Below are positions 27,832-38,055 of a stretch of 64,000 nt of DNA, piece by piece. This DNA comes from Shackletoniella antarctica. Its GTDB lineage: Bacteria; Cyanobacteriota; Cyanobacteriia; Phormidesmidales; Phormidesmidaceae. Under the pieces are notes generated by a model that was not told where the DNA came from, ran no database searches, and saw only the letters and a list, made by a program, of their open reading frames with translations. How positions within the stretch are numbered: the first letter of the stretch is position 1; every line of letters begins with the position of its first letter. The DNA is taken from contig QBMN01000001.1 of the NCBI GenBank assembly GCA_003241845.1, positions 1,424 to 65,423 on the forward strand, read 5' to 3'. The position numbers and the translations under genes are program-made.

Positions 27832-30450
27832 ATGCCCAACGCCCACCGCACCTTCAAATTTGCCTTGCAGGATGACAAAAACGGCCACAAGTCGTTTGAA
27901 ATGCCGGGGGCCAAACCCCACTACAACCCCGATCGCCCCGGCCAGGTCGAACACATTGCGCTGGACTTGAGCCTGGATCTTGAAAACAAAATCTGCGAGG
28001 GCACCTGCAAAATTCGCATCAACCCGGTGCGCGACGGCGTTAGCAGCTTGACGCTGGACGCGGTGAACCAGCAGATCGAATCGGTCAAGGTGGGCACCGC
28101 CAAGCAAGACTTTGACTACGACGGCGAACAACTGGTGGTGCGGCTAAAAAAGCCCACGATCGCAGGCCAGAGCTTTACGGTGGCGATCGCCTATCGCCTG
28201 ATCCAGCCCGAGCGCGGCCTCTACTTCATTGGCCCCGACAAACACTACCCCGACAAACCTATCCAGGTGTGGACCCAGGGCGAAGACGAAGACTCCCGCT
28301 TCTGGTTTCCCTGCTTCGACTACCCCGGCATGCTCTCGACCTCAGAGATTAAGGTGCGGGTACCGGGAGCTTACCAGGTGGTCTCCAACGGCGAGCTGGT
28401 GGAAACCACGGAAGATGGCGACTACAAGATTTACCATTGGTATCAAAAGCAGGTGCATCCCACCTACCTGATGGCCCTGGCCGTGGGCGAGTTCGACGTC
28501 ATCCAAGACCAGTGGCAAGACATTCCTATCACCTACTACGTCGAGAAAGGCCGCAAAGACCAGGGCCAGATCACCATGGGCAAAACGCCGCGCATGGTGG
28601 AATTCTTGAGCGAAAAGTATGGCTACCGCTACGCCTTTCCCAAGTACGCCCAGGTGTGCGCCGCCGACTTTATCTTTGGCGGCATGGAAAATACCTCGGT
28701 GACGATTCTCACCGATCGCTGTCTGCTGGATGAGCGGGCGGCGATCGACAATCGCGGTTCTGAATCGCTGGTGGTGCATGAGCTGGCCCACCAGTGGTTT
28801 GGCGATCTGCTGGTGATCAACCACTGGAGCCACGCCTGGGTGAAAGAGGGCATGGCCACCTACTCAGAAGTGATGTGGACGGAGCAGGAGTATGGCCCCG
28901 ATGACGCCGCCTACTATCGTCTGGGCGAGGCCCGCAGCTATCTAAGCGAAGACAAAAGCCGCTACCGCCGCCCCATGGTCACCCACGTCTACCGGGAGGC
29001 GATCGAACTCTACGATCGCCACATCTACGAGAAAGGGGCCTGCGTCTACCACATGATTCGTGCCCAGCTGGGCGATGCCCTGTTTTGGCAGGCGATTCAC
29101 ACCTTTGTACAAGACAACGCCCACCAGACCGTGGAAACCATCGACCTGCTGCGGGCGATCGACAAAGCCACCGGGCGCAACCTGCGGCCCCTGTTTGACC
29201 AGTACGTGCTGCGCGGCGGCCACCCCGACTACAAAGTCACCTACAGCTGGGATGGTGACAGCAAGCTGGCCAAAGTCACCGTCACCCAAACTCAGGCCAA
29301 GGACGGCGACAGCAGCAGCAGCAGCGGGTTGTTTGATTTGAAAATCCCCATTGGCTTTGGCTATGTCAGCAAGGGCAAAACCCACAAGGTCGAGGTCAAG
29401 CCCTTCACCGTGCGCCTCCACGAGCGGGAGCAGGCGCTGTTCTTCCCCCTCGACAAAAAGCCCGATTTCCTCAGCTTTGATGTGGGCAACCATTATTTGA
29501 AAACGGTGGAATTAGAGTATCCCGTGGCGGAACTCAAGGCCCAGCTCCAGCACGACCCCGACCCGCTGTCGCGGATTGAGGCGGCGATCGCTCTGGCCAA
29601 AAAAGGCAGCCTCGAAGTCGTCACCGCCCTGAGCGCAGCCCTCACCGACGAACCCTTCTGGGGCGTCCGGGCCGAGGTGGCCGAACAGCTGGCCTCCATC
29701 AAGCTCGACCAAGCCGTCGAGGAATTGCTGAAGGGACTCGACGACCCCGAAGCCCGCGTGCGCCGCGCCGTGGTCGAATCTCTGGGCGACATCAAAACTG
29801 CCGACAGCTATAAAGAACTGAAGAAAATAGCCGAAAAAGGCGACCCCAGCTACTACGTCGAAGCCGCCGCCATTCGCTCCCTGGGCAAAGTTGGGGCCGC
29901 TGACCTCGACGGCAAGGCCAAAGACAAGAAAACCCTGAAGCTGCTGGAGAGCGTTCTCAAAGAGCGCCAGGGCTGGAATGAGACGGTGAGATCGGGTGCG
30001 ATCGCCGCCCTCAGCCAGTTCAAATCTTCCGAAGAAGCGCTGGATCTGCTGCTCAAATACACCGAACCCGGCACCCCCCAGGCCCTGCGCCTGGCGGCGA
30101 TCCGTTCCCTGGGCACCATCTCCAAGGGCCAGAGCAAACCCACCGTAGAGCGCATTTTAGACCGGCTGGAAACCATTGCCAGCGAGTCTTTCTTCCTCAC
30201 CCAAGTATCGGCGGTGTCGGGCCTGAGCGGCATTGAGACCGGGCGGGCGATCGGCATTCTGCAAAGCCTGGCCGACCACACCCCCGATGGCCGCGTGCGC
30301 CGCCGTGCCCAAGAGGCCGTGGAGCAGGTGCAGAAGGCGATCGGCAAAGACAAAGCCGTCGAAAAACTGCGCCAAGAACTCGATGACCTGAAGAAATCTA
30401 ACCAAGACCTCAAGAGCCGCCTGGAAACCCTCGAAGCCAAAGCGAAGTAG
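27832..30450 (+). CDS. M1 family metallo-aminopeptidase (aminopeptidase N-like) with C-terminal HEAT repeats and coiled coil
   Basis: GGMEN exopeptidase motif and HELAHQWFGD-x18-E zinc site. HEAT-like repeats (VRAEVAEQL, ARVRRAVVESLG). Confidence 0.9.
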   Translation: MPNAHRTFKFALQDDKNGHKSFEMPGAKPHYNPDRPGQVEHIALDLSLDLENKICEGTCKIRINPVRDGVSSLTLDAVNQQIESVKVGTAKQDFDYDGEQLVVRLKKPTIAGQSFTVAIAYRLIQPERGLYFIGPDKHYPDKPIQVWTQGEDEDSRFWFPCFDYPGMLSTSEIKVRVPGAYQVVSNGELVETTEDGDYKIYHWYQKQVHPTYLMALAVGEFDVIQDQWQDIPITYYVEKGRKDQGQITMGKTPRMVEFLSEKYGYRYAFPKYAQVCAADFIFGGMENTSVTILTDRCLLDERAAIDNRGSESLVVHELAHQWFGDLLVINHWSHAWVKEGMATYSEVMWTEQEYGPDDAAYYRLGEARSYLSEDKSRYRRPMVTHVYREAIELYDRHIYEKGACVYHMIRAQLGDALFWQAIHTFVQDNAHQTVETIDLLRAIDKATGRNLRPLFDQYVLRGGHPDYKVTYSWDGDSKLAKVTVTQTQAKDGDSSSSSGLFDLKIPIGFGYVSKGKTHKVEVKPFTVRLHEREQALFFPLDKKPDFLSFDVGNHYLKTVELEYPVAELKAQLQHDPDPLSRIEAAIALAKKGSLEVVTALSAALTDEPFWGVRAEVAEQLASIKLDQAVEELLKGLDDPEARVRRAVVESLGDIKTADSYKELKKIAEKGDPSYYVEAAAIRSLGKVGAADLDGKAKDKKTLKLLESVLKERQGWNETVRSGAIAALSQFKSSEEALDLLLKYTEPGTPQALRLAAIRSLGTISKGQSKPTVERILDRLETIASESFFLTQVSAVSGLSGIETGRAIGILQSLADHTPDGRVRRRAQEAVEQVQKAIGKDKAVEKLRQELDDLKKSNQDLKSRLETLEAKAK

Positions 30451-30560
30451 TCTCAGATGTGAACTACTGCCATAATTAGGGCATCAAGGTTCTATAGCTC
30501 TAGTTGGTTTATTTCTACTTTCTCAACACTTTTCCTTTATCTTGATGCAGCCGTATCCAA

Positions 30561-30794
30561 ATGATTAGTCCTGCGATAGAATACATCACCGATGCTGATG
30601 GCAACCCAAAAGCGGTTGTGATCCCGATTGGCCTCTGGCGGCAACTGCTACCCGCTGGCAATGACTCTTTGCAAAACCTTGCTGAAAATCTAGAAGACCA
30701 CTGTCTAAACAATGCTATGGATGAGGCCCAAAACTCTCCTCTGATAAACCGAGAAGACGCTCTGTTTTTCTTAGAAGAGGATAAGGAAGATTGA
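30561..30794 (+). CDS. Putative type II antitoxin (77 aa)
   Basis: Small acidic protein directly upstream of a RelE/ParE-like ORF. Stop and start overlap in TTGA (30791-30794). Confidence 0.55.
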   Translation: MISPAIEYITDADGNPKAVVIPIGLWRQLLPAGNDSLQNLAENLEDHCLNNAMDEAQNSPLINREDALFFLEEDKED

Positions 30795-31060
30795 AGGTTG
30801 AATATCGAAAGCTGTTCTTAAAAGATTTAAAGAATCTGAAAAAACAGCCTGTTTATCAGCAAATTTACGAGCTTTCCTTCAACATGCTGGATTCTTGCGA
30901 ATCCCTGCAAGCCTTGCCGAATCTAAAAGCCTTAGTAGGGACATCTAATCGCTACCGTATCCGAGTTGGGGACTACCGCATTGGCCTTGAGCTTAATGGA
31001 GACACTGTAGAACTCATGCGCGTTTTGCATCGCCGTGAGTTTTACCGATATTTCCCTTAA
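30791..31060 (+). CDS. RelE/ParE family toxin (89 aa)
   Basis: C-terminal pattern RYRIRVGDYRIGLELNGDTVELMRVLHRREFY. TTG start. Confidence 0.7.
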   Translation: MKVEYRKLFLKDLKNLKKQPVYQQIYELSFNMLDSCESLQALPNLKALVGTSNRYRIRVGDYRIGLELNGDTVELMRVLHRREFYRYFP

Positions 31061-31088
31061 GCATCCTGAGATTTTGTGGACATTTTTT

Positions 31089-31985
31089 ATGCCTAACATA
31101 TTCTTATGTCACACAAGCTTCGACAAACCATTTGTAGAGAAACTTGCGTGCGATCTAAAAAATATTGGTGTTAATGTTTGGTTTGACAAATGGGAGATTA
31201 GTGTATGTGAGTCAATACTTTGGAAGATAGAAGAAGGCATTCGCTCCCATGAATATCTAGGTATTGTTCTTTCTTCAGAAGCGCTGCAATCTGAGTGGGT
31301 AAGAACTGAGTTAGGTGCGGCATGGTTCAAACAAATGAGATCGCGCGAGATAGGAGTGCTCCCCATGCTCTATCGTGAATGTGACATACCTCTTTTTCTA
31401 TGTGATAGAAAGTATGCTGATTTCCGTAAAGACTATCAGAACGGGTTTATTGATCTTGCTGGGGTTTTGGGCCTTAAGCACTCGGAAGCATTGACGAAAA
31501 ACAACTGGCGAAGGTTCACAAAAACTCGTGGCATGCAGTGGCAGCAGTATCGAGAGGATGAGTTTAAAGATTTAGTCACTGTCTTAGTCGATAAATCTGT
31601 TACCTATAACTGGTCTGCTTGGGTTGGTGGATCAGTTATGCCCTTTTCAATAACGCTATCTGCGATAACTAGAGAAAAACAGCCTAAATCTATTTCCCTA
31701 AAATTATGTGGGAGAACCTACGCCTACATGGCTTCTTTTAAGCATGTCTATAACCCAAATAATCTAAAAGCTAAGGACTTTCAGATTTATGTTGGAAACT
31801 CTTTAAACGAAGTCGAAGAATTTGTCTGGCGCATCATGGAAGATTTTCGCAAAGAATATGGCGATTCTGAAGGAGAAGCCCATCAAACTGTCACACGCTT
31901 CTTAAATAATGAAAAGCAAGATGTAGTAATCAGGAAGATGATTCAAGAACTCTCATGGTACAAAGGAGAACAACGCCTCCTCTAA
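31089..31985 (+). CDS. TIR domain protein with uncharacterised ~150-aa C-terminal domain
   Basis: IFLCHTSFDKPFVEKLACDLKNIGVNVWFDKWEI...LGIVLSSEALQSEWVRTEL is the TIR pattern and includes the conserved Glu. Begins 28 nt after the RelE stop. Confidence 0.8.
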   Translation: MPNIFLCHTSFDKPFVEKLACDLKNIGVNVWFDKWEISVCESILWKIEEGIRSHEYLGIVLSSEALQSEWVRTELGAAWFKQMRSREIGVLPMLYRECDIPLFLCDRKYADFRKDYQNGFIDLAGVLGLKHSEALTKNNWRRFTKTRGMQWQQYREDEFKDLVTVLVDKSVTYNWSAWVGGSVMPFSITLSAITREKQPKSISLKLCGRTYAYMASFKHVYNPNNLKAKDFQIYVGNSLNEVEEFVWRIMEDFRKEYGDSEGEAHQTVTRFLNNEKQDVVIRKMIQELSWYKGEQRLL

Positions 31986-32100
31986 TGCTTGTGACTCATT
32001 GACAAGTGAAAACACGCTCGTGCGTTCAAAACGCTGTTCTGCTATTCGACGAGCAAAGCAAAGCGTACCTGTTCTTTATCTGCTAGTTACTTGCGAGAGA

Positions 32101-32659
32101 TTAGCGGAAGATATCTGTGATAGCGGTGCTAGACCCTAGCAACAGCGGAGAACCCAGGGTGTCATCCTCCAGCAGCGTGCCAACCAGCTGAAGCTGGGCT
32201 TCGGCACGACGATAGATTTCTAGGGTTTTGAGTTGCCAGTTGACGATCCAACATTCTTGCACCCTGTAGTGAGAGTAGAGTTTGAGCTTGACTTCTCTAT
32301 CCCGCTGCTCGTTGAGATCACCTGGAGACAGCACCTCTACCATCAGCTCTGGGGCTACAATCAGGTGCCCAGCGTCATCGACGTCATCGGCCAAGCGCGT
32401 TAATCCACACCACATCGGGGATGACGGCATCTGTAGGGGTGAAGATTACCCCTGGGGCCTGAAATGCAGAACCTAGCCCAGTTTTTTCAGACCAATTGTC
32501 TAAGCGTACGTGTAGCTTTCCGGCTGCACCCTGGTGGCGAATGTGGGGGGCACGGGTCACGAAGAGTGCTCCGTCGATGATTTCGTAGCGCTTCCAGCCG
32601 CCATTGTCGGGCATGGCGGCCAGATCTCGGGTAGCCCAGGGCTGGAAGTAGGCGGCCAT
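32101..32659 (-). pseudogene. Uma2 family gene disrupted by a frameshift
   Basis: N-terminal half in ORF 32384..32902 (from MAAYFQPW... at 32659; YEIIDGALFV...PDVVWI). C-terminal half in ORF 32101..32430 (DDAGHLIVAPELMVEVLSPG...VQECWIVNW). The frame switches near 32400-32430. Confidence 0.75.
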
Positions 32660-33036
32660 AGCAGGTACCGATGGGCTTGTTTTAAGTCTAGTGGCTTGCT
32701 GGGGACATTGCGCTAACAAGCTCGCGCCTGGCGACCTCAGGTGCAAAAAAGCTGAAGATATCGGCAGAAACTTGGGGCTGCTTCTATGGTGAAGGGAATG
32801 ACAGCAGGCGCGATGGTCAAAGACCGGCCCTGGGCCATCGCACCCCATGCCCCCATCTACTATGACTACTCCCTGGGCCACCTTGCAAAACGGCTCCGAC
32901 ATTTACGGCATCGCCCTAGGGCGTGTCTCTGGTGCAGTCAAATGTGGCGGATGTTGTGGCTAAAATAGCGCAGCGTCTAAAGGCGTTTCTCAATCCTTTG
33001 GCCGGGCTTGATATTTTGGCTCTAGAACGGTAAGCC

Positions 33037-34107
33037 ATGACCTCTCCATTTCAGCTGCCTAAGTGGGCGATCGCAGCCCTAGCCTTTCCTTTAATCTGCC
33101 TCAACGGCTGGGTGCTGTATCGGCTGGGAGAAGGTTTGCAACCCATCCCCAGCATTTTTATCACCGCCAGCCTGATCGCCTTTCTGCTCGATGCCCCCAT
33201 TGACTGGCTAGAAAAACGAGGCCTGGCCCGAAGTTTGGCCGTAGCCCTAGTGGTGCTGCTGGTTATTGTGGTCGTCATTATTTTGGCTATCTTCCTAGGG
33301 CCACAGGTGTGGCAGCAGTTCAACGACTTTGCCGATCGCCTGCCAGGGTGGATTGAGCAGGCCAAAACACAATTGCTGCTGCTAGAAGATCGAGCCATCT
33401 TTCAAAATGCACCGATCAACCTCGATCAGCTGACCGTAGAAGCCGCCAACCAGCTGACTAATGCGCTGCAAGCCACCACTAGTCAAGCCATTAGCGTCAC
33501 GCTGAGTACCCTCGACAGCGTCCTAAACCTGCTGATTACTGCTGTACTGGCCATTCTGCTGGTGATCAATGGCGATCCGCTTTGGGAAGGTCTGCTCAGC
33601 TGGTTTCCCACCTTCTGGCAAGCGCAAATTCGCGACTCCCTCAGGCCAAGCTTTCAGGGCTACTTTACCGGACAGGCTACCCTCGCCCTGATCTTGTCCG
33701 TGGCTCAGTCAACCGCCCTTGTTTTGCTAAATGTGCCCTTTGGTCTGCTGTTTGGCCTAGTGATTGGTCTGGTGAGCATTATTCCCTTTGGCGGCACGGT
33801 GGCGGTGGCGGGGATCAGCACCCTGCTGGCCTTTCAAAACGTGTGGCTGGGGCTAAAGGTATTGGGGGTGGCGGTTGTGCTGGGGCAGATTAACGACAAT
33901 TTAGTCGCTCCGCGCCTGATAGGCGGTATCACCGGGCTAAATCCGGCGATTATCATTTTGGCGCTGCTGGTGGGGGCAAAGTTTGGCGGGTTTTTGGGGC
34001 TGCTGCTGGCCGTACCCACCGCCAGCTTTACCAAAAAAATCGTTGACAGTGCCCGTAGGCCAAGGGGCGAAACGGTCAGCCTAGAAACCTTGGAAGCTAA
34101 AGCCTAG
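33037..34107 (+). CDS. AI-2E family transporter (PerM/UPF0118)
   Basis: 356 aa, ~8 TM segments, typical C-terminal GLNPAIIILALLVGAKFGGFLGLLLAVP. Confidence 0.85.
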   Translation: MTSPFQLPKWAIAALAFPLICLNGWVLYRLGEGLQPIPSIFITASLIAFLLDAPIDWLEKRGLARSLAVALVVLLVIVVVIILAIFLGPQVWQQFNDFADRLPGWIEQAKTQLLLLEDRAIFQNAPINLDQLTVEAANQLTNALQATTSQAISVTLSTLDSVLNLLITAVLAILLVINGDPLWEGLLSWFPTFWQAQIRDSLRPSFQGYFTGQATLALILSVAQSTALVLLNVPFGLLFGLVIGLVSIIPFGGTVAVAGISTLLAFQNVWLGLKVLGVAVVLGQINDNLVAPRLIGGITGLNPAIIILALLVGAKFGGFLGLLLAVPTASFTKKIVDSARRPRGETVSLETLEAKA

Positions 34108-34156
34108 AAATGAGGCCTAGGAATGAGATATGCCAGGAGCGCGGTAGTCAGTTTGT

Positions 34157-34477
34157 TCAGCGATCGCCCTTGATGCCCTGAGCGGCCTGCAAAATAGTGT
34201 CGAGCAGGCCGGGAAACGCCGCCTCTAGATCGTCGCGGCGCAAAGAATTCATGTGCTGGGTGCCTTGTTTGCGGCAGTGCAGCACCCCGGCCTCGCGCAA
34301 AATTTTGAAGTGGTGGGAGAGGGTTGACTTCGCCACCCCCAAATCGAGATCAGAGCAAGACAGCTCGTGGTTAGCCGCCAGTCGCTGCACAATTTCGAGC
34401 CGCACGGGGTCGCCCAGGGCGTACAAAACTCCTTCTAGGGCGATGTCTTGGCAGTTGGGATGGGGAATGGATCGCAT
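34157..34477 (-). CDS. ArsR/SmtB family transcriptional regulator
   Basis: ALGDPVRLEIVQRL...ELSCSDL...KSTLSHHFKILREAGVL. Confidence 0.85.
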   Translation of the reverse strand: MRSIPHPNCQDIALEGVLYALGDPVRLEIVQRLAANHELSCSDLDLGVAKSTLSHHFKILREAGVLHCRKQGTQHMNSLRRDDLEAAFPGLLDTILQAAQGIKGDR

Positions 34478-34564
34478 AGTTGCATTATGCCACGGCAGGC
34501 GCTATAGTTTGATTGTTCGACTTTTTCGAATTAACGAAATTCGCCCAATCGGCGGAGGTGTAAA

Positions 34565-34891
34565 ATGTCCGCAGTTGCAAGTATTACTCAAGAAACGTTT
34601 CAGACTGAAGTGCTAAAAAGCGATGTGCCCGTGCTGGTCGATTTTTGGGCACCGTGGTGTGGCCCCTGCCGCATGGTCGCCAGCGTGGTCGATGAGGTGG
34701 CCCAGCAGTACGACGGCCAGCTCAAGGTGGTCAAGGTCAATACCGACGAGCAGCCGGGCATTGCCTCCCACTACGGCATTCGCAGCATTCCCACCCTGAT
34801 GGTGTTTATGAATGGCGAAAAAATGGAGCAGGTGGTTGGGGCTGTGTCTCAGGCCACCCTCTCTAAAGCCGTCGAGCCATTTCTGGGCTAG
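34565..34891 (+). CDS. trxA: Thioredoxin
   Basis: 108 aa. [15 protein letters not shown] active site. Confidence 0.9.
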   Translation: MSAVASITQETFQTEVLKSDVPVLVDFWAPWCGPCRMVASVVDEVAQQYDGQLKVVKVNTDEQPGIASHYGIRSIPTLMVFMNGEKMEQVVGAVSQATLSKAVEPFLG

Positions 34892-35068
34892 AGGCGGAGG
34901 GGTCTGTTAGGTGCCTCGCAGGGGCGAACGATTGTTCGCCCTGCCCAATTCATGTCGTTCTTTAGACCTTCTCTAGCCTCAGTTCCCCCCAGGGCAAACG
35001 CCGTTTGCCCTCGCCTGCCTGTACCATTCTGCAAAAAACCTGCTTTAGCCATCCATAAGGAAACCCCC

Positions 35069-36163
35069 ATGTCTACTGAAAAGAACCTGTTTACTCCGAT
35101 CAAGCTCGGTGGCTACGATCTGCCCAACCGCATTGTCATGGCCCCTCTCACCCGCAACCGCGCGGGGGAAGGCAACGTGCCCCAGCCGCTGAATGTGACC
35201 TACTACGAGCAGCGGGCCTCGGCGGCGCTGATTATCACTGAGGCCAGCCAGATCTCGCCCCAGGGCATGGGCTACGCCGCCACCCCCGGCATCCACAGCG
35301 CTGAGCAGATCGCCGGATGGCAGCACATCACCCAGGCCGTCCATGCCAAGGGCGGCCTCATTTTCTTGCAGATGTGGCATGTGGGCCGTATTTCGCACCC
35401 GTCGCTTCAGCCCGACGGGGCCACGCCAGTGGCCCCCAGCGCCATTCAGCCCAAGGGCGATGCCATGACCTACGAGGGCATGCAGCGCTTTGTCACTCCG
35501 AGGGCGCTCGAGCTAGAGGAAATTCCCGGTATTGTCGAGCAGTATCGCCAGGCGGCCAAGCATGCTCTAGAGGCAGGCTTTGACGGCGTGGAGGTACATG
35601 GGGCCAATGGCTACCTGCTCGACCAGTTTCTGCGCGACGGCACCAACCACCGCACCGATGCCTACGGTGGCGCAGTCGAAAACCGTGCCCGCCTGTTGTT
35701 AGAAGTAACTGAAGCGGCGGTAGAGGTCTGGGGGAGCGATCGCGTCGGCGTGCGCCTCTCACCCAGCGCCACCTTCAACGACATGACCGACTCTCACCCC
35801 AGGGCCACCTTTGGCTACGCTATTCAGGCGCTGAATCAGTTCAACCTGGCCTACCTGCACCTGCTCGAACCCAGCGAGGCCGACCTGCGCTACGGCGGCA
35901 CCCCCATTCCCACCAAAGAGTTTCGCCCGCTCTACGATGGCCTGCTGATGGTGAACTGGGACTATGACCAGGCGGCGGGAAATCAGGCGATCGCCAGCGG
36001 CGACGCCGACCTCGTCTCCTACGGCAAGCTGTTTATCGCCAACCCCGACCTGCCCGAGCGGTTCTCAAAAAATGCGCCGCTAAACGAACCCAATCCCGAC
36101 ACCTTCTACGGTGGCGGGGCCGAAGGGTATACCGACTATCCCACCCTCGAAGAAGTGGCGTAG
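35069..36163 (+). CDS. Old Yellow Enzyme family NADH:flavin oxidoreductase (alkene reductase)
   Basis: Trimmed to ATG 35069 (MSTEKNLFTPIKLG...MAPLTRNRA). HGANGYLLDQFL motif. Confidence 0.9.
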   Translation: MSTEKNLFTPIKLGGYDLPNRIVMAPLTRNRAGEGNVPQPLNVTYYEQRASAALIITEASQISPQGMGYAATPGIHSAEQIAGWQHITQAVHAKGGLIFLQMWHVGRISHPSLQPDGATPVAPSAIQPKGDAMTYEGMQRFVTPRALELEEIPGIVEQYRQAAKHALEAGFDGVEVHGANGYLLDQFLRDGTNHRTDAYGGAVENRARLLLEVTEAAVEVWGSDRVGVRLSPSATFNDMTDSHPRATFGYAIQALNQFNLAYLHLLEPSEADLRYGGTPIPTKEFRPLYDGLLMVNWDYDQAAGNQAIASGDADLVSYGKLFIANPDLPERFSKNAPLNEPNPDTFYGGGAEGYTDYPTLEEVA

Positions 36164-36233
36164 GATGCGATCGCTGCTCGAACTGTCAACGGTATGTCCT
36201 CAGTCGCTTCGCGCCGTGTGGACTGGGGGCAAA

Positions 36234-37010
36234 TCATAAAACCCCTTGAGCGGTGGGAGTTGCCGTTAATCTTCCAAAGCGGCGCTGGCGGCTTTGGTAC
36301 CACTGCAAGGCCTGGTGAAAAGCGGCGTGATCGAAATCTGGCCACAGCAGGTTGGTAAAGTACAGCTCGGTGTAGGCCAACTGCCAGGGCAAGAAGTTGC
36401 TCAGCCGCTGTTCGCCACTGGTGCGAATCAGCAGATCGGGATCGGGCAGGGGATGGGTTTGGAGGGCGCAGGCCAGGGCGGTTTCATTCACGGCGTCGAG
36501 GGACAGGGTGCCGCTGACCACCTGCTGGGCGATCGCCCTGGCCGCATTCACCAGTTCTTGCCGCCCGCCGTAGTTGACCGCCACGTTAAACCGCACCCGC
36601 TGGTTGCGGCTGGTTACGGCCATGGCCTCCTGCATCAGATCTTGCAGGCGCTCCGGCAGGGGCGAGAGGTCACCCAAAAACTGTATTCTCACTCCCTGGC
36701 GCTGCATCTCGGCCAGTTCGCGGCGCAGCAGCCGATCAAACAGCCGCAGTAGAAAGGTGACTTCTGCCATTGGTCGCTGCCAGTTTTCGGTCGAAAAGGC
36801 ATAGACCGTCAGCGCCCCAATGCCCCAGTCTTTGCAGCAGCGCAGCAGCTCTTTGACGGTTTTGGCCCCCTGGCGGTGGCCCGCCACCCTGGGCAGCCCC
36901 CGTTGGCTAGCCCAGCGTCCGTTGCCGTCCATAATCACCGCCACATGGGCGGGGATGGTTTCGGGGTGCAGATCTGCGGGCAGCGTTGAATAATTGATGG
37001 GTTGAATCAT
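36234..37010 (-). CDS. uppS: Isoprenyl transferase (undecaprenyl diphosphate synthase)
   Basis: Trimmed to ATG at 37008-37010. HVAVIMDGNGRWA and ALTVYAFSTENWQRP motifs. Confidence 0.92.
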   Translation of the reverse strand: MIQPINYSTLPADLHPETIPAHVAVIMDGNGRWASQRGLPRVAGHRQGAKTVKELLRCCKDWGIGALTVYAFSTENWQRPMAEVTFLLRLFDRLLRRELAEMQRQGVRIQFLGDLSPLPERLQDLMQEAMAVTSRNQRVRFNVAVNYGGRQELVNAARAIAQQVVSGTLSLDAVNETALACALQTHPLPDPDLLIRTSGEQRLSNFLPWQLAYTELYFTNLLWPDFDHAAFHQALQWYQSRQRRFGRLTATPTAQGVL

Positions 37011-37050
37011 GGGTTTAAATTCCTCTGAGGTTTCAGGCCGCGAATGCCCC

Positions 37051-38055
37051 CTACGCCTGGGTGGGGTCGGGGCCAAATAATTCTGTTAAATGGGCGGGCG
37101 TCAGCGAGCGATCCCACCGCCACAGCACCCGCATCACCTGGTCGAAGGTGTAGAGCAAGGTGAGTCGGTGACTGGTGCTCCACTGGTCCCAGGCCAGCTC
37201 AGTCGTCATGCGGCGCAGGGTGTGGAGCAGACTGCCCTGGAGGGTGGGCTGTTGCCACTTTTTCACCAGCGCCTGGGTCAGCGTACCCATAATCATTCTC
37301 AGGCTGGTGTCGGGGTAGGCCCAGTGGCCAAAGCCCCAGAACTTGGTCATGTGGTTGATTTCGTCGATCAGCAACTCTCCTAGAACCGCCTGGAGGGGGC
37401 CGGTGGTGTAGGCCATCATCCACAGGTAGAGGCAGGCGGCTCCGTACTCGGTGGCGATGCGGTGTAGCCCGTGGCGGTAGAGGTCGGCGCGCAGATCGTC
37501 ACCGGGGCTGTAGGGGCGCGCCCGATGCGGCTCCGTCGGGGGGCGTTCTCCAGAGAGGCGATGGTAAAGGCTGTTGAGGACGGGGGTATGGCGCTTTTCC
37601 CCTCGTTCCCAAAGCCCTGGCGTCATCACCTGCCCGGCGGCATCTACGGTGCCCCCCACAAACTGAGCCATTTGGGGGTAAACCTGCGCCAGGTATTGGC
37701 GGCTGGCCTGGGTATAGCCGCGAATGGGGGCTTCGGTGTTGATGGTGCCCAGTAGAATGGCGCAGAAGGTGTCGAGCGGAATGCCGCTGATTTGATTGGG
37801 GGCGATCGCACCCCAGTCTACAGTGCTCCATCGGCGCGGCTGGGGGTGCTGGAACTGGCGAGGCAGGTCGGTAAGGCGATCGCCCAAATGCTCCACCGTT
37901 ACGTACCGCCGGGTCAGCGCCCCAATTCGCTGGCTGATCTGCTTTGGCCTCAGGTCAGGTTGCCAGGGGCCAGCCAGATCATGCTCTCGGGAACCTGGCT
38001 CTAGGGGAATTGGCCCTAGGGAACCTGACGATGAAAGAGGTGTGATGGCAGTCAT
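37051..38055 (-). CDS. Ferritin-like di-iron protein (acyl-ACP-desaturase-like fold is a guess)
   Basis: Two ExxH motifs in helical context (ERGEKRHTP; LLIDEINHMTKFWG). Confidence 0.45.
   Translation of the reverse strand: MTAITPLSSSGSLGPIPLEPGSREHDLAGPWQPDLRPKQISQRIGALTRRYVTVEHLGDRLTDLPRQFQHPQPRRWSTVDWGAIAPNQISGIPLDTFCAILLGTINTEAPIRGYTQASRQYLAQVYPQMAQFVGGTVDAAGQVMTPGLWERGEKRHTPVLNSLYHRLSGERPPTEPHRARPYSPGDDLRADLYRHGLHRIATEYGAACLYLWMMAYTTGPLQAVLGELLIDEINHMTKFWGFGHWAYPDTSLRMIMGTLTQALVKKWQQPTLQGSLLHTLRRMTTELAWDQWSTSHRLTLLYTFDQVMRVLWRWDRSLTPAHLTELFGPDPTQA

Noticed and set aside
27778-29493. Minus-strand ORFs of 117-183 aa (27778..28131, 28342..28833, 28942..29493)
   Set aside because: They are antisense to the M1 aminopeptidase gene, which carries the clear GGMEN/HELAH motifs.
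34478-34564. ArsR operator in the arsR-trxA spacer (TTCGAATTAACGAAATTCG)
   Set aside because: It has only a 6-bp imperfect dyad (CGAATT/AATTCG), which is too weak to call from sequence alone.
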